Shown here one piece after another: positions 1-8,888 of a stretch of 64,000 bases of DNA (the first letter of the stretch is position 1; each line of letters opens with the position of its first letter). Both the position numbers and the translations under genes were made by a program. Below the pieces are notes generated by a model. It had not been told where the DNA came from. It ran no database searches and saw only the letters and a program-made list of their open reading frames with translations. The stretch is from Clostridiales bacterium (GTDB taxonomy: Bacteria > Bacillota > Clostridia > Oscillospirales > Oscillospiraceae), in contig JAAVHX010000033.1 in assembly GCA_014799475.1 (NCBI GenBank), positions 21,267 to 85,266 of the forward strand, in the 5' to 3' direction.

Positions 1-2256
1 GCAGAGCAGCTCATTGGCGATTTCCCAGTTCAGCTCGTTGTCCTCTGCCATGAGGACGCGTTTGCCCGTCAGGTCGGGCCCGGCTTCCGCCTCCTGCGCC
101 TGCTGTGCCGGGGCCATGTCGATGAAGCGGCGCAGGCCATAGTAAAGGCCGGAGCGGAACAGAGGCTTTGAAATGAAGCCGCGGATGCCGGCCTCGTTCA
201 CCTTTGCCTCCAGCTCATCCCATTCGCCGTCGGTGAGCAGTATGATCGGCAGGTCCGGGCCGAAACGGCCGGACAGCTCTTCCGCGGCCTGTACGCCGTC
301 CTGCCCCTGGATGTCCCAGTCCAGCAGGAGCATATGATAGGGCTCGTCTCCGCGGCGGTGCTCCTCGATCATTTGAGTGGCCTGATTAATATCCGTCACG
401 GTTTCCGCCCGAAGCCCGATGGATCCCAGCGCGGAGACGGCGAGCCGGCCCGCGGTTTCATCATCGTCGATCATCAGGATATTCCGGCTGGGCAGGCGCA
501 GTTCCTTCTCCTGGGGGGCCGCTTTTTCCATGTCCAAGCTGATGTGGAAATGGCTTCCTTTTCCCTGCTCGCTCTCTATGGAGATGGTGCCGCCCATGGC
601 GTCTACGATGTACTTGGTGATGGCCATGCCCATTCCGGCGCCCGCCGCTTTGTCCACGCGGGCGCTGTCCTCCCTGGCGAAGGGCTCAAATATCCTGCTC
701 TGGAATTCCTTGGACATACCAATGCCGTTGTCCTTGATGTGCAGGTGGGAGCGGATGTAGTCGTCCCCCTTCGGGGAGGGTTCCTCGTACAGCTCCGCCT
801 CGATCACGCCGCCCTCCGGGGTGAATTTCACCGAGTTCCCAAGCATGTTCAGCAGGATCTGGGCCAGCCGGACCCGGTCCGAGCACACATTTTCATGATA
901 GATCTCATGTATGTAGATGCTGAAGCGCTGGTTTTTCTCCTGGATCTGGGGCTGGATGATCGTTGTGATATTCTGCATGACCTCGCGCAGGGAGAGGGGC
1001 TCCATATTCAACGTGAGCTTTCCGCTCTCGATCTTGGACATATCCAGCATATCGTTGATGAGGCCCAGCAGATGCCGGCTGGATACGTGGATCCGCTTCA
1101 GGCAGGAGCGCACCCGGGACGGGTTGTCCAGGCTGCCGATGGCGATGGAGGTCATGCCCATGATGCCGTTCATCGGCGTGCGGATGTCATGGCTCATATT
1201 GGAGAGAAATTCGTTTTTCGCCCGGTTGGAGCGCTCCGCCGACAGCTTGGCCTCCTCGGCGGTTTTTCTGGCGTCGTCCAGCGCGTGCATCTGCAGCTTG
1301 GTCAGCCGGTAGTAGCCCACAAAGACAAGCAGCAGGGCGCAGACGATCAGGCAGCAGCCGCCGATGGAGATGTACGACCATATTTTCTGGAGCAGGTCGA
1401 TGGTTTCGTCCAGCGTGTTGTGGGAGATCTTCAAAAGCAGATGCCAGTCCGAATTGGGGAGGTTGGTACAGTAGACGTTCCAGCGCTCGCCCGAGATCAG
1501 CACCTCGCTGGTATAATCCGTGTCGGTCTCCATGGCGGTGCGCAATTCTTTCTCGTATTGGGCCGGCCCCTTTCCGCCGTACGCTTCGTAAAGACGCGCC
1601 ACCCGGTCAAAATAATTCGTCTCTTCCGCGGTGTAGTTGTTCAGGACGTAGCTGCCGTCGTCGCGAATGATGGAGTACTCAATGTTTTCTTCCTGAATAT
1701 TGTTTTCCAATGTGTCGCCGAGGTATTTGGTGGGCAGACCGGCCACCAGCGCGACGCTGGTATTCCCGTCGTCCATGGGATAAGCCGCCGGCACGCCGAT
1801 CAATACCACCGGGATCCCCGCCTCGTCTTTTCCCGCGCAGACGTTATACTTGCCCCCCTGGACAGAGCGGTGCAATGCCTCCGGGACATCCGCCGTCACC
1901 TGGGAGCCGTAGATCATATGGAAGCTTCCGTCGTCCGTATAAAACGCAAGGTATTCAAATCCCGCCGAGCGGGCGTTGTAGGTCAGGTTGACCTGCATTG
2001 ATGTCCCGCCGGTCGTGCGCCCGGGCGGGACGGAGTTCACAAGGGATTCCACCTGGGACAGGCGGAGCTCAATGGTGGTTCCAAAATGGGACGACACCTG
2101 TTCGCTGATGCCGGACATATAAAAGATGCCCAGCCGCCGGACGGCGTTTCCGCTCATCAGGCTCATGCAGACCGTTTGGACGATAAATATCACGACACAG
2201 AAAAGCGATACCAGAACGAGACTTATATTTAAAAAACGTGTTGTCCTTTTTTCCAT
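1..2256 (-). CDS. Hybrid sensor histidine kinase/response regulator (runs off the left window edge)
   Basis: Hand-translated minus frame MEKRTTRFLNISLVLVSLFCVVIFIV...; H-box FLSNMSHDIRTPMNGIMGM, G-box GAGMGMAITKYIV, receiver starts ILMIDDD and VLMAEDNELN. Confidence 0.9.
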   Translation of the reverse strand, partial: MEKRTTRFLNISLVLVSLFCVVIFIVQTVCMSLMSGNAVRRLGIFYMSGISEQVSSHFGTTIELRLSQVESLVNSVPPGRTTGGTSMQVNLTYNARSAGFEYLAFYTDDGSFHMIYGSQVTADVPEALHRSVQGGKYNVCAGKDEAGIPVVLIGVPAAYPMDDGNTSVALVAGLPTKYLGDTLENNIQEENIEYSIIRDDGSYVLNNYTAEETNYFDRVARLYEAYGGKGPAQYEKELRTAMETDTDYTSEVLISGERWNVYCTNLPNSDWHLLLKISHNTLDETIDLLQKIWSYISIGGCCLIVCALLLVFVGYYRLTKLQMHALDDARKTAEEAKLSAERSNRAKNEFLSNMSHDIRTPMNGIMGMTSIAIGSLDNPSRVRSCLKRIHVSSRHLLGLINDMLDMSKIESGKLTLNMEPLSLREVMQNITTIIQPQIQEKNQRFSIYIHEIYHENVCSDRVRLAQILLNMLGNSVKFTPEGGVIEAELYEEPSPKGDDYIRSHLHIKDNGIGMSKEFQSRIFEPFAREDSARVDKAAGAGMGMAITKYIVDAMGGTISIESEQGKGSHFHISLDMEKAAPQEKELRLPSRNILMIDDDETAGRLAVSALGSIGLRAETVTDINQATQMIEEHRRGDEPYHMLLLDWDIQGQDGVQAAEELSGRFGPDLPIILLTDGEWDELEAKVNEAGIRGFISKPLFRSGLYYGLRRFIDMAPAQQAQEAEAGPDLTGKRVLMAEDNELNWEIANELLC

Positions 2257-2475
2257 GATCCATGTCTCCCAAACAGCATGATTCCAGCTCTATACAAATC
2301 CTATTTTTCCATTCTATCAAACTATGAGGCTTATGGCAATCATATCTTTCGGATTTTTCATGGGCGGAGACGGCTAAAAAATATGGGCGCCAAAGCGTAA
2401 AGGGCTTGCGCAAATCCCGAAAATGCGATATAAATGATGGTGACAGCCTGCACCTCACACTGAAAGGAGATCCCA

Positions 2476-3771
2476 ATGAAACCATATGCGGAGATGACCA
2501 AGGAAGAGCTGAAAGACCTGAAGGCTCAGCTGAAAGCCGAATATAAGGAATACCAGGGGAGGGGCCTGAGCCTGAATATGGCCCGAGGAAAGCCCTGTAC
2601 CGAGCAGCTGGATCTGTCCATGGGGATGATGGACGTGCTGAGCAGCGAGGTCGACCTGACCTGTGAGGACGGCACCGACTGCCGGAACTATGGGGTTTTG
2701 GACGGAATCACGGAAGCCAAGGAACTGATCGGGGACATGATGGAAAACCCCATCGACAGCATCATCATCTATGGCAACTCCAGCCTGAACGTGATGTACG
2801 ATACCATTTCCCGCTCCATGACCCACGGCGTGATGGGGAGCACACCCTGGTGCAAGCTGGACAAGGTCAAGTTCCTGTGTCCCGTTCCGGGATACGACCG
2901 CCACTTTGCCATTACCCAGTATTTCGGCATTGAGATGATCAACGTGCCCATGACGCCCACCGGCCCGGATATGGATCTGGTGGAGGAGCTGGTGGCTTCG
3001 GATGACGCGATCAAGGGCATCTGGTGCGTCCCGAAATACTCCAACCCCCAGGGGATCTCTTACTCGGACGATACGGTGCGCCGGTTTGCCCGGCTGAAGC
3101 CGGCGGCCAAGGATTTCCGTATCTACTGGGACAACGCCTACGGCGTACATCACCTGTATGACCGGGATCAGGATCACCTGATTGAAATTTTGGCGGAGTG
3201 CAAACGGGCGGGGAACCCGGACCTGGTATATAAATTTGCCTCCACCTCCAAGATCAGTTTCCCCGGCTCCGGGCTGGCGGCCATCGCCACGTCCCCCAAC
3301 AATATGGAGGACATCAAGATGCAGCTGGCCATCCAGACCATCGGCCACGACAAGGTGAACCAGCTCCGCCACGTGCGGTTCTTCGGCAATATCCACGGCC
3401 TGGTGGAGCATATGCGCCTTCACGCGGACATCCTCCGCCCCAAGTTTGAAATCGTGATCGGCACCCTGGAGAGCGAGCTGGGCGGCCTGGGGATCGGGAC
3501 GTGGACGACGCCCAAGGGGGGATATTTCATCTCCTTTGACGCCCTGGACGGCTGCGCGAAGGCTATTGTGGCCAAGGCGAAAAAGGCCGGTGTGGTGATG
3601 ACCGGGGCGGGCGCCACCTATCCCTACGGCAAGGACCCCCATGACAGCAATATCCGGATCGCCCCCACCTACCCGTCCCAGGAGGATCTGCGGACGGCCA
3701 TGGAGATCTTTACCCTCTGCGTCAAGCTGGTCGCCATTGACAAGCTGCTGGGCGAGGATGTTGCCCACTGA
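2476..3771 (+). CDS. PLP-dependent class I/II aminotransferase (AspT/Rv3722c-like)
   Basis: LNMARGKP, VPGYDRHF, YSNPQG, WDNAY, FASTSKISFPG (PLP Lys), IRIAPT; AAGGAG RBS. Confidence 0.85.
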   Translation: MKPYAEMTKEELKDLKAQLKAEYKEYQGRGLSLNMARGKPCTEQLDLSMGMMDVLSSEVDLTCEDGTDCRNYGVLDGITEAKELIGDMMENPIDSIIIYGNSSLNVMYDTISRSMTHGVMGSTPWCKLDKVKFLCPVPGYDRHFAITQYFGIEMINVPMTPTGPDMDLVEELVASDDAIKGIWCVPKYSNPQGISYSDDTVRRFARLKPAAKDFRIYWDNAYGVHHLYDRDQDHLIEILAECKRAGNPDLVYKFASTSKISFPGSGLAAIATSPNNMEDIKMQLAIQTIGHDKVNQLRHVRFFGNIHGLVEHMRLHADILRPKFEIVIGTLESELGGLGIGTWTTPKGGYFISFDALDGCAKAIVAKAKKAGVVMTGAGATYPYGKDPHDSNIRIAPTYPSQEDLRTAMEIFTLCVKLVAIDKLLGEDVAH

Positions 3772-3798
3772 ACGAAAAGCGGGAATAAGTATAGAGAG

Positions 3799-3836
3799 AA
3801 CGCCCCCTGATTTCCACGGAAATCAGGGGGCGTTTT
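3799..3836 (+). terminator. Intrinsic terminator
   Basis: cgccccctgatttcc-ac-ggaaatcagggggcg followed by tttt. Confidence 0.8.
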
Positions 3837-3864
3837 GGATGCGGCGCAAATCAAATTTGGGGTC

Positions 3865-3893
3865 TTGACCAATTTGGTCAACGGCGGTATGGT
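3865..3893 (+). promoter_or_regulatory. SigmaA-like promoter overlapped by a palindromic TetR operator
   Basis: TTGACC-17-TATGGT; palindrome TTGACCAATTTGGTCAA at 3865-3881 directly upstream of the TetR gene. Confidence 0.6.
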
Positions 3894-3916
3894 GAGGAGG
3901 AAAGGGGGGGATCGCC

Positions 3917-4546
3917 GTGAACCTGAAATTTTTCAAGCTCTCCCAGGAGCGCCAGGATCTGATCCGAAACAGCGCCATGACAGAGTTTGGCGCGGCCACC
4001 TTCAAAAAGACCTCCGCCGACTCCATCGCCAAGCGGGCCGGGGTGTCCAAGAGCCTGCTGTTCCACTATTTCAAAGACAAGCGGGAGCTGTACCTCTACC
4101 TGTTCCAATACGCTATCGACGAGTGCGTGGACGTATTCAACAAACATATCCTGAAATCCGACTATTTTGGCGAGACGGATTTTTTCCGGACGCTGGAGAT
4201 CGGCCACAAGATCAAAATGGACTTGGTGCGCCGCCATCCGGGGCTGTTCCGCTTCGTCATGCGGGCCTATTACGAGGGGGACAACGTGCTCACCCCCAAG
4301 CTGCGGAAAAAGCTGGACGACGTGCTGGAGCAGACCGCCGCCGACTTTCTCAGCCGGATGGATCTCCACAAGTTCAAGGACGGCGTGGATCCAAAGACGG
4401 TGGTGCGGCTGCTGACGCTGGCGGCGGAGGGGATGCTGGCGGAGACCAGGGCGTTCACGCCGGAGGAGATCGACGATCTGTTTGCGGAGTACAAAAAATA
4501 CGCGGATATGCTGCGGCAGCATCTCTATAAGGAGGAATACCTATGA
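3917..4546 (+). CDS. TetR/AcrR family regulator
   Basis: N-terminal HTH SADSIAKRAGVSKSLLFHYFKDKRELY. Confidence 0.9.
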   Translation: MNLKFFKLSQERQDLIRNSAMTEFGAATFKKTSADSIAKRAGVSKSLLFHYFKDKRELYLYLFQYAIDECVDVFNKHILKSDYFGETDFFRTLEIGHKIKMDLVRRHPGLFRFVMRAYYEGDNVLTPKLRKKLDDVLEQTAADFLSRMDLHKFKDGVDPKTVVRLLTLAAEGMLAETRAFTPEEIDDLFAEYKKYADMLRQHLYKEEYL

Positions 4547-5235
4547 TCCAGCTTGAGAAGCTCACCAAGCGCTACGGCAAGGCCCGGGGGGTGACGGATC
4601 TGACCCTCCATGTTCCAGAGGGCGGCTGTTTCGGCTTCATCGGCCCCAACGGGGCGGGCAAATCCACCACCATCCGCACCCTGCTGGGGCTGCTGACCCC
4701 AACCGCCGGCTCGGCCAAGGTGCTGGGGCTGGACTGCGTGAGGGATCGGGAAAAAATCCTGGCCCAGGTGGGCTATATGCCCTCCGAGGCCATGTTTTAC
4801 CCGGAGATGCGGGTATCGGAGGTCATCAAGCTGTCCGCAGGCCTGCGCAAAACCGACTGCCGCGCCCGGGCGGACGAGCTGTGCCAGGCGCTGGAGCTGG
4901 ACACCCGGAAGCGTATCCGGGAGCTGAGCCTGGGCAACCGGAAAAAGGTGTCCATCGTGTGCGCCATGCAGCACCGGCCCCGGCTGTACATCCTGGACGA
5001 GCCCACCAGCGGCCTGGATCCGCTGGTCCAGCGGGCCTTCTGGTCTGAGCTGGAGGCCCGGCGGCGGGAAGGGGCCACGGTGTTCCTGTCCTCCCATGTG
5101 CTCTATGAGGTGCAGCGGTACTGCGACCGGGCCGCCATCATCCGGGAGGGGCGGCTGGTAGTGGAGGGCGCCACCGCCGAGCTGGACATCGAGAACAAAT
5201 TCTTTGACTACTACGAGGGGAGGGCGGGGCAATGA
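4543..5235 (+). CDS. ABC-2 type exporter ATP-binding protein
   Basis: GPNGAGKST, LSLGNRKK, ILDEPTSGLDP, SSH. Confidence 0.9.
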   Translation: MIQLEKLTKRYGKARGVTDLTLHVPEGGCFGFIGPNGAGKSTTIRTLLGLLTPTAGSAKVLGLDCVRDREKILAQVGYMPSEAMFYPEMRVSEVIKLSAGLRKTDCRARADELCQALELDTRKRIRELSLGNRKKVSIVCAMQHRPRLYILDEPTSGLDPLVQRAFWSELEARRREGATVFLSSHVLYEVQRYCDRAAIIREGRLVVEGATAELDIENKFFDYYEGRAGQ

Positions 5236-6014
5236 CCGTGTTTCGCAAGGAGCTGCGCTCCGGCGGGCTGGGCTTTCTGGTGTGGTCGGCCATGATCGGC
5301 GGGCTGATGGCGGTGTGCGTCGGCATCTATCCCTCCATGTCGGATTCCATGGATGAGATGTCCGCCTTGTTCGGGGGGATGGGGGACTTTTCCGCCGCCT
5401 TTGGGCTGGATAAGCTGCAATTCGGCTCCATCATAGGGTTTTACGGCACGGAGTGCGGCAACATTTTGGGTCTGGGCGGGGCCTTTTACGCCGCCCTCAC
5501 CGCCATGGGCCTGCTGGCGGGGGAGGAGGGCGGCCATACGGCGGAATTCCTGCTCACCCACCCCGTCAGCCGCCTGCGGGTGTGCCTGGAAAAGCTGGCG
5601 GCGCTGGCGGTGCTGATCGTGGAGCTGAACCTGATCTGCTTCGCCTGCGGCGCGGGGGGCATCCTGGCCATCGGCGAGGAGGCGGACTGGGGCGATCTGC
5701 TGCGCTACCACGGGGCGCTGCTGCTGATGCAGTTGGAGATCGGGGCCTTGTGCTTCGGCCTGTCGGCGCTGCTGCGCCGGGGCGGGCTGGGGCTCGGTAT
5801 GGGGGCGGCCGCGCTGCTGTACTTCGCGGGGCTGCTTATCAATCTGGATCAGGGGCTGGACTGGCTGCGCTTTGTCACGCCCTATTACTATGCCGACGCG
5901 GCCCGGATCTTTGCCGGGGAAATGCTGGCGGGCCCCATGCTGGCGGGCTGCGCCCTGGGCGTGCTGGGGGCGGGGTTCGGCCTGTGGTGGTATGGGCGGA
6001 AGGATATTGCGTAA
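5232..6014 (+). CDS. ABC-2 type permease
   Basis: Multiple TM helices, EEGGHTAEFLLTHPVSR motif, coupled to the ATPase (ATGA overlap). Confidence 0.85.
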   Translation: MTVFRKELRSGGLGFLVWSAMIGGLMAVCVGIYPSMSDSMDEMSALFGGMGDFSAAFGLDKLQFGSIIGFYGTECGNILGLGGAFYAALTAMGLLAGEEGGHTAEFLLTHPVSRLRVCLEKLAALAVLIVELNLICFACGAGGILAIGEEADWGDLLRYHGALLLMQLEIGALCFGLSALLRRGGLGLGMGAAALLYFAGLLINLDQGLDWLRFVTPYYYADAARIFAGEMLAGPMLAGCALGVLGAGFGLWWYGRKDIA

Positions 6015-6107
6015 AAGTGCCCCCTCCCTTGAAATTCTCCCCCGCAAGTAGTAAAATCAGTCCGCAAGGGTTGGAACGCATGGCTGAAAAGCTGGGGGGA
6101 ACGGAAC

Positions 6108-6788
6108 ATGACCTATGACTGTCTAATCATAGACGACGAGAAGCTGCTGGCGGACAGCACAGCGGAATATTTTAACCTGTTCGGCGTCAAAACCGGGGTG
6201 GCGTACAGCGCCTCCGACTGTCGGGACTTTTTGAGCGAAAACGCGGCGCGCCTGCTGCTGCTTGACATCAACCTGGGCGACGGCAGCGGCTTTGAGCTGT
6301 GCAAGGAGCTGCGGGAGACCATGGAACTCCCCATTCTGTTCATCTCCGCCCGAACCAGCGACGACGACCAGATCATTGCCCTGAGCATCGGCGGGGACGA
6401 CTATATCCAAAAGCCCTACTCCCTCAGCGTGCTGCTGGCCAAGGTCAAGGCGGTGCTGAAGCGCTGCGGGGATAGGGGGGGCGCGGGCTATGCCGATGGG
6501 CGGCTGACGGTGGACTTTGACGCTCGGCAGGTTTTTGCCGACGGGGTCCCCGTCAAGCTGACGGCCCTGGAGTTCAAGCTGCTGGCCTATCTGATCCAGA
6601 ACGAGGGCAGGGTGGTCCCCAAGGGGGAGCTGTTTGAAAAGGTCTGGGAGGACAAATTCACGGGGGACGGCACGCTGAACGTGCACATCCGCAAGATCCG
6701 GGAGGCCATCGAGCGGGAGCCGGGCAATCCCGAATATATCCTCACCGTCTGGGGCGAGGGCTACCGGTTCCAGGGAGGCGGCCAATGA
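6108..6788 (+). CDS. OmpR-family response regulator
   Basis: IIDDE, LLLDINL, GGDDYIQKP, winged helix TLNVHIRKIREAIE...TVWGEGY. Confidence 0.95.
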   Translation: MTYDCLIIDDEKLLADSTAEYFNLFGVKTGVAYSASDCRDFLSENAARLLLLDINLGDGSGFELCKELRETMELPILFISARTSDDDQIIALSIGGDDYIQKPYSLSVLLAKVKAVLKRCGDRGGAGYADGRLTVDFDARQVFADGVPVKLTALEFKLLAYLIQNEGRVVPKGELFEKVWEDKFTGDGTLNVHIRKIREAIEREPGNPEYILTVWGEGYRFQGGGQ

Positions 6789-8050
6789 GGGGCCGCGCCT
6801 TTTTCATTGGCCTGTTCCTGGTGTTCGCGGCAGAGCTTGCCGTGCTGGTTTTGCTCATGGGCCATGGAACCGGGAGCCCCCAGGATACGGTGGCGGTCAA
6901 CGAGATCGTGCAGACCATACAGCGCGACTGGGATTCTCTGGCGAACCACGTCAACGACACTGAGTTTAACTATGTGGTGCTGGGTGCTGACGGGACAGTG
7001 CTGTATCGGACGGGGCCGGGGCTGAGCGAAAGCATGAACGCCGCAATTGCCCACAAGGACACGATGCTGGACGTTGAAGTGGGCGGGTCGTCAGTGGGGA
7101 AGCTCGTCATTTACAATGACGATGTGCTGGTGCTTCAATCGGAACAGCGAACCATTATTTCTGCCGTGGCGGCGGCCATGCTCTTGCAGCTGGGCATCTG
7201 CGCGGGATATTTCTGCTATCTGCGCCGCACCATGGTGGTTCCCTTCCGCAAGCTGGAGCAGTTCGCCCAGCGCGTGGCGGGGGGCAACCTGGACATCCCG
7301 CTGAGAATGGACCGGCACAACCTGTTCGGGGCGTTCACCGAGAGCTTCGATCTCATGCGCAACCAGCTGAAACGGGCACGGCTTGCCGAGGCGAAAGCGG
7401 CCGCGGCCAAAAAGGAGCTGGTGGCCAAGCTGTCCCACGACATCAAAACGCCGGTGGCCAGCATCAAGGCCGCGTCCGAAGTGGGCGCGGCGCGGGCCTC
7501 GGACGACAAGGACCGGGAGAATTACCGGCAGATCATCCAGAAGGCGGATCAGATCAACACGCTGGTGACCAACCTGTTTTCCGCCACGTTGGAGGAGCTC
7601 CACGAGCTGACTGTCACGCCGTTGGACATGAAAAGCGGGGAACTGCGCATCCTACTGGAAAACGCGGACTATCTGCACCGGGCGGCGCTGCCCAACCTTC
7701 CCGACTGCCTGCTGTATGCGGACAAGCTCCGCTTACAGCAGGTGTTTGACAATATCTTTGCCAATTCCTATAAATACGCCGGCACGGACATCGCCGTGGC
7801 CGCGGAGCTGAAGGAGGGCTATTTGACGGTCTGTGTGGAGGATAGCGGCGGCGGGGTCGGCGAACAGGAGCTGCCCCACCTGAAGGAGAAATTCAAGCGG
7901 GGCGCCAATGCCGAGGGGATCGAGGGCGCCGGACTGGGGCTGTACATTTCCGACCACTGTATGCGGGAAATGGGGGGACAGCTGGAGCTGGAAAACGGCG
8001 CCTCCGGGCTGAACGTGACCGTATGGATCGCCTTAAGCCATGGGATTTAA
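6785..8050 (+). CDS. HAMP-domain sensor histidine kinase
   Basis: Two TMs, LSHDIKTP H-box, NIFANSYKY N-box, GAGLGLYI G-box. Confidence 0.95.
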   Translation: MRGRAFFIGLFLVFAAELAVLVLLMGHGTGSPQDTVAVNEIVQTIQRDWDSLANHVNDTEFNYVVLGADGTVLYRTGPGLSESMNAAIAHKDTMLDVEVGGSSVGKLVIYNDDVLVLQSEQRTIISAVAAAMLLQLGICAGYFCYLRRTMVVPFRKLEQFAQRVAGGNLDIPLRMDRHNLFGAFTESFDLMRNQLKRARLAEAKAAAAKKELVAKLSHDIKTPVASIKAASEVGAARASDDKDRENYRQIIQKADQINTLVTNLFSATLEELHELTVTPLDMKSGELRILLENADYLHRAALPNLPDCLLYADKLRLQQVFDNIFANSYKYAGTDIAVAAELKEGYLTVCVEDSGGGVGEQELPHLKEKFKRGANAEGIEGAGLGLYISDHCMREMGGQLELENGASGLNVTVWIALSHGI

Positions 8051-8100
8051 GGAACTTTTAAGGATTGCATAAAGACAGTTAAGGTTTGAACCCTCATAAT
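8033..8100 (+). promoter_or_regulatory. Phased TTAAG direct repeats (putative response-regulator boxes) with a -10 CATAAT
   Basis: TTAAG at 8033, 8047, 8058, 8079 and TAAAG at 8070; CATAAT at 8095-8100; no clear -35. Confidence 0.6.
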
Positions 8101-8127
8101 GGAGCGTGCAAAGGAGGGTATCCCGTT

Positions 8128-8886
8128 ATGAACAAAATCCTGTTAAAAACGGAAAAGCTGAGCAAATCCTTTTCCAACGGCGGTTCCATGCAGCACGTTC
8201 TGAAAAACATCGACCTGGAGCTGTACAAGGGCGACTTCACCGTCATCATGGGGGCCAGCGGCGCGGGCAAGTCCACCCTGCTGTACGCCCTGTCCGGGAT
8301 GGACACGCCCACGTTAGGCACCATCACCTTCGGGGAGCGCGTCATCTCCGACCTGTCCCAGGACGCTCTGGCGGTGTTCCGTCGGGAGCACTGCGGCTTT
8401 GTGTTCCAGCAGATCTACCTCATCGACGGCATGAGCGTGATGGACAACGTGCTGTCCGCCGGGCTGCTGGTCAATCACGACAAGAAGGCCCTGATCCGGC
8501 GGGCAAAGGAGCTGTTCGCGGCGGTGGGTATCTCGGAGGAGACTCAGCGGAAATTCCCCACCCAGATCTCCGGCGGCGAGGCCCAGCGGGTGGGCATCGT
8601 CCGGGCACTTATTAATTCTCCTGAGATCCTGTTTGCCGACGAGCCCACCGGCGCGCTCAACTCCCAGACGGGCCTTGACGTGCTGGACACCCTGACCCGC
8701 TTCAACGAGCAGGGCCAGAGCGTGGTCATGGTCACCCACGATATGCGCTCCGCCCGGCGGGGAAACCGCATCCTGTACCTCAAGGACGGCGTGATCCTGG
8801 GCGAGTGTGACCTGGGCCGGTATGCCCCCGGCGACACCCAGCGGCATAAGAAGCTGGCCGCCTTCCTCCAGGACATGGGGTGGTAA
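8128..8886 (+). CDS. ABC transporter ATP-binding protein (LolD/MacB type)
   Basis: GASGAGKST, ISGGEAQR, FADEPTGAL, MVTHD; AAGGAGG RBS before ATG 8128. Confidence 0.92.
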   Translation: MNKILLKTEKLSKSFSNGGSMQHVLKNIDLELYKGDFTVIMGASGAGKSTLLYALSGMDTPTLGTITFGERVISDLSQDALAVFRREHCGFVFQQIYLIDGMSVMDNVLSAGLLVNHDKKALIRRAKELFAAVGISEETQRKFPTQISGGEAQRVGIVRALINSPEILFADEPTGALNSQTGLDVLDTLTRFNEQGQSVVMVTHDMRSARRGNRILYLKDGVILGECDLGRYAPGDTQRHKKLAAFLQDMGW

Positions 8887-8888
8887 TC

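Noticed and set aside
334-2001. 555-aa plus-strand ORF
   Set aside because: Shadow of the minus-strand hybrid kinase, which the ORF track omits because its stop lies outside the window.
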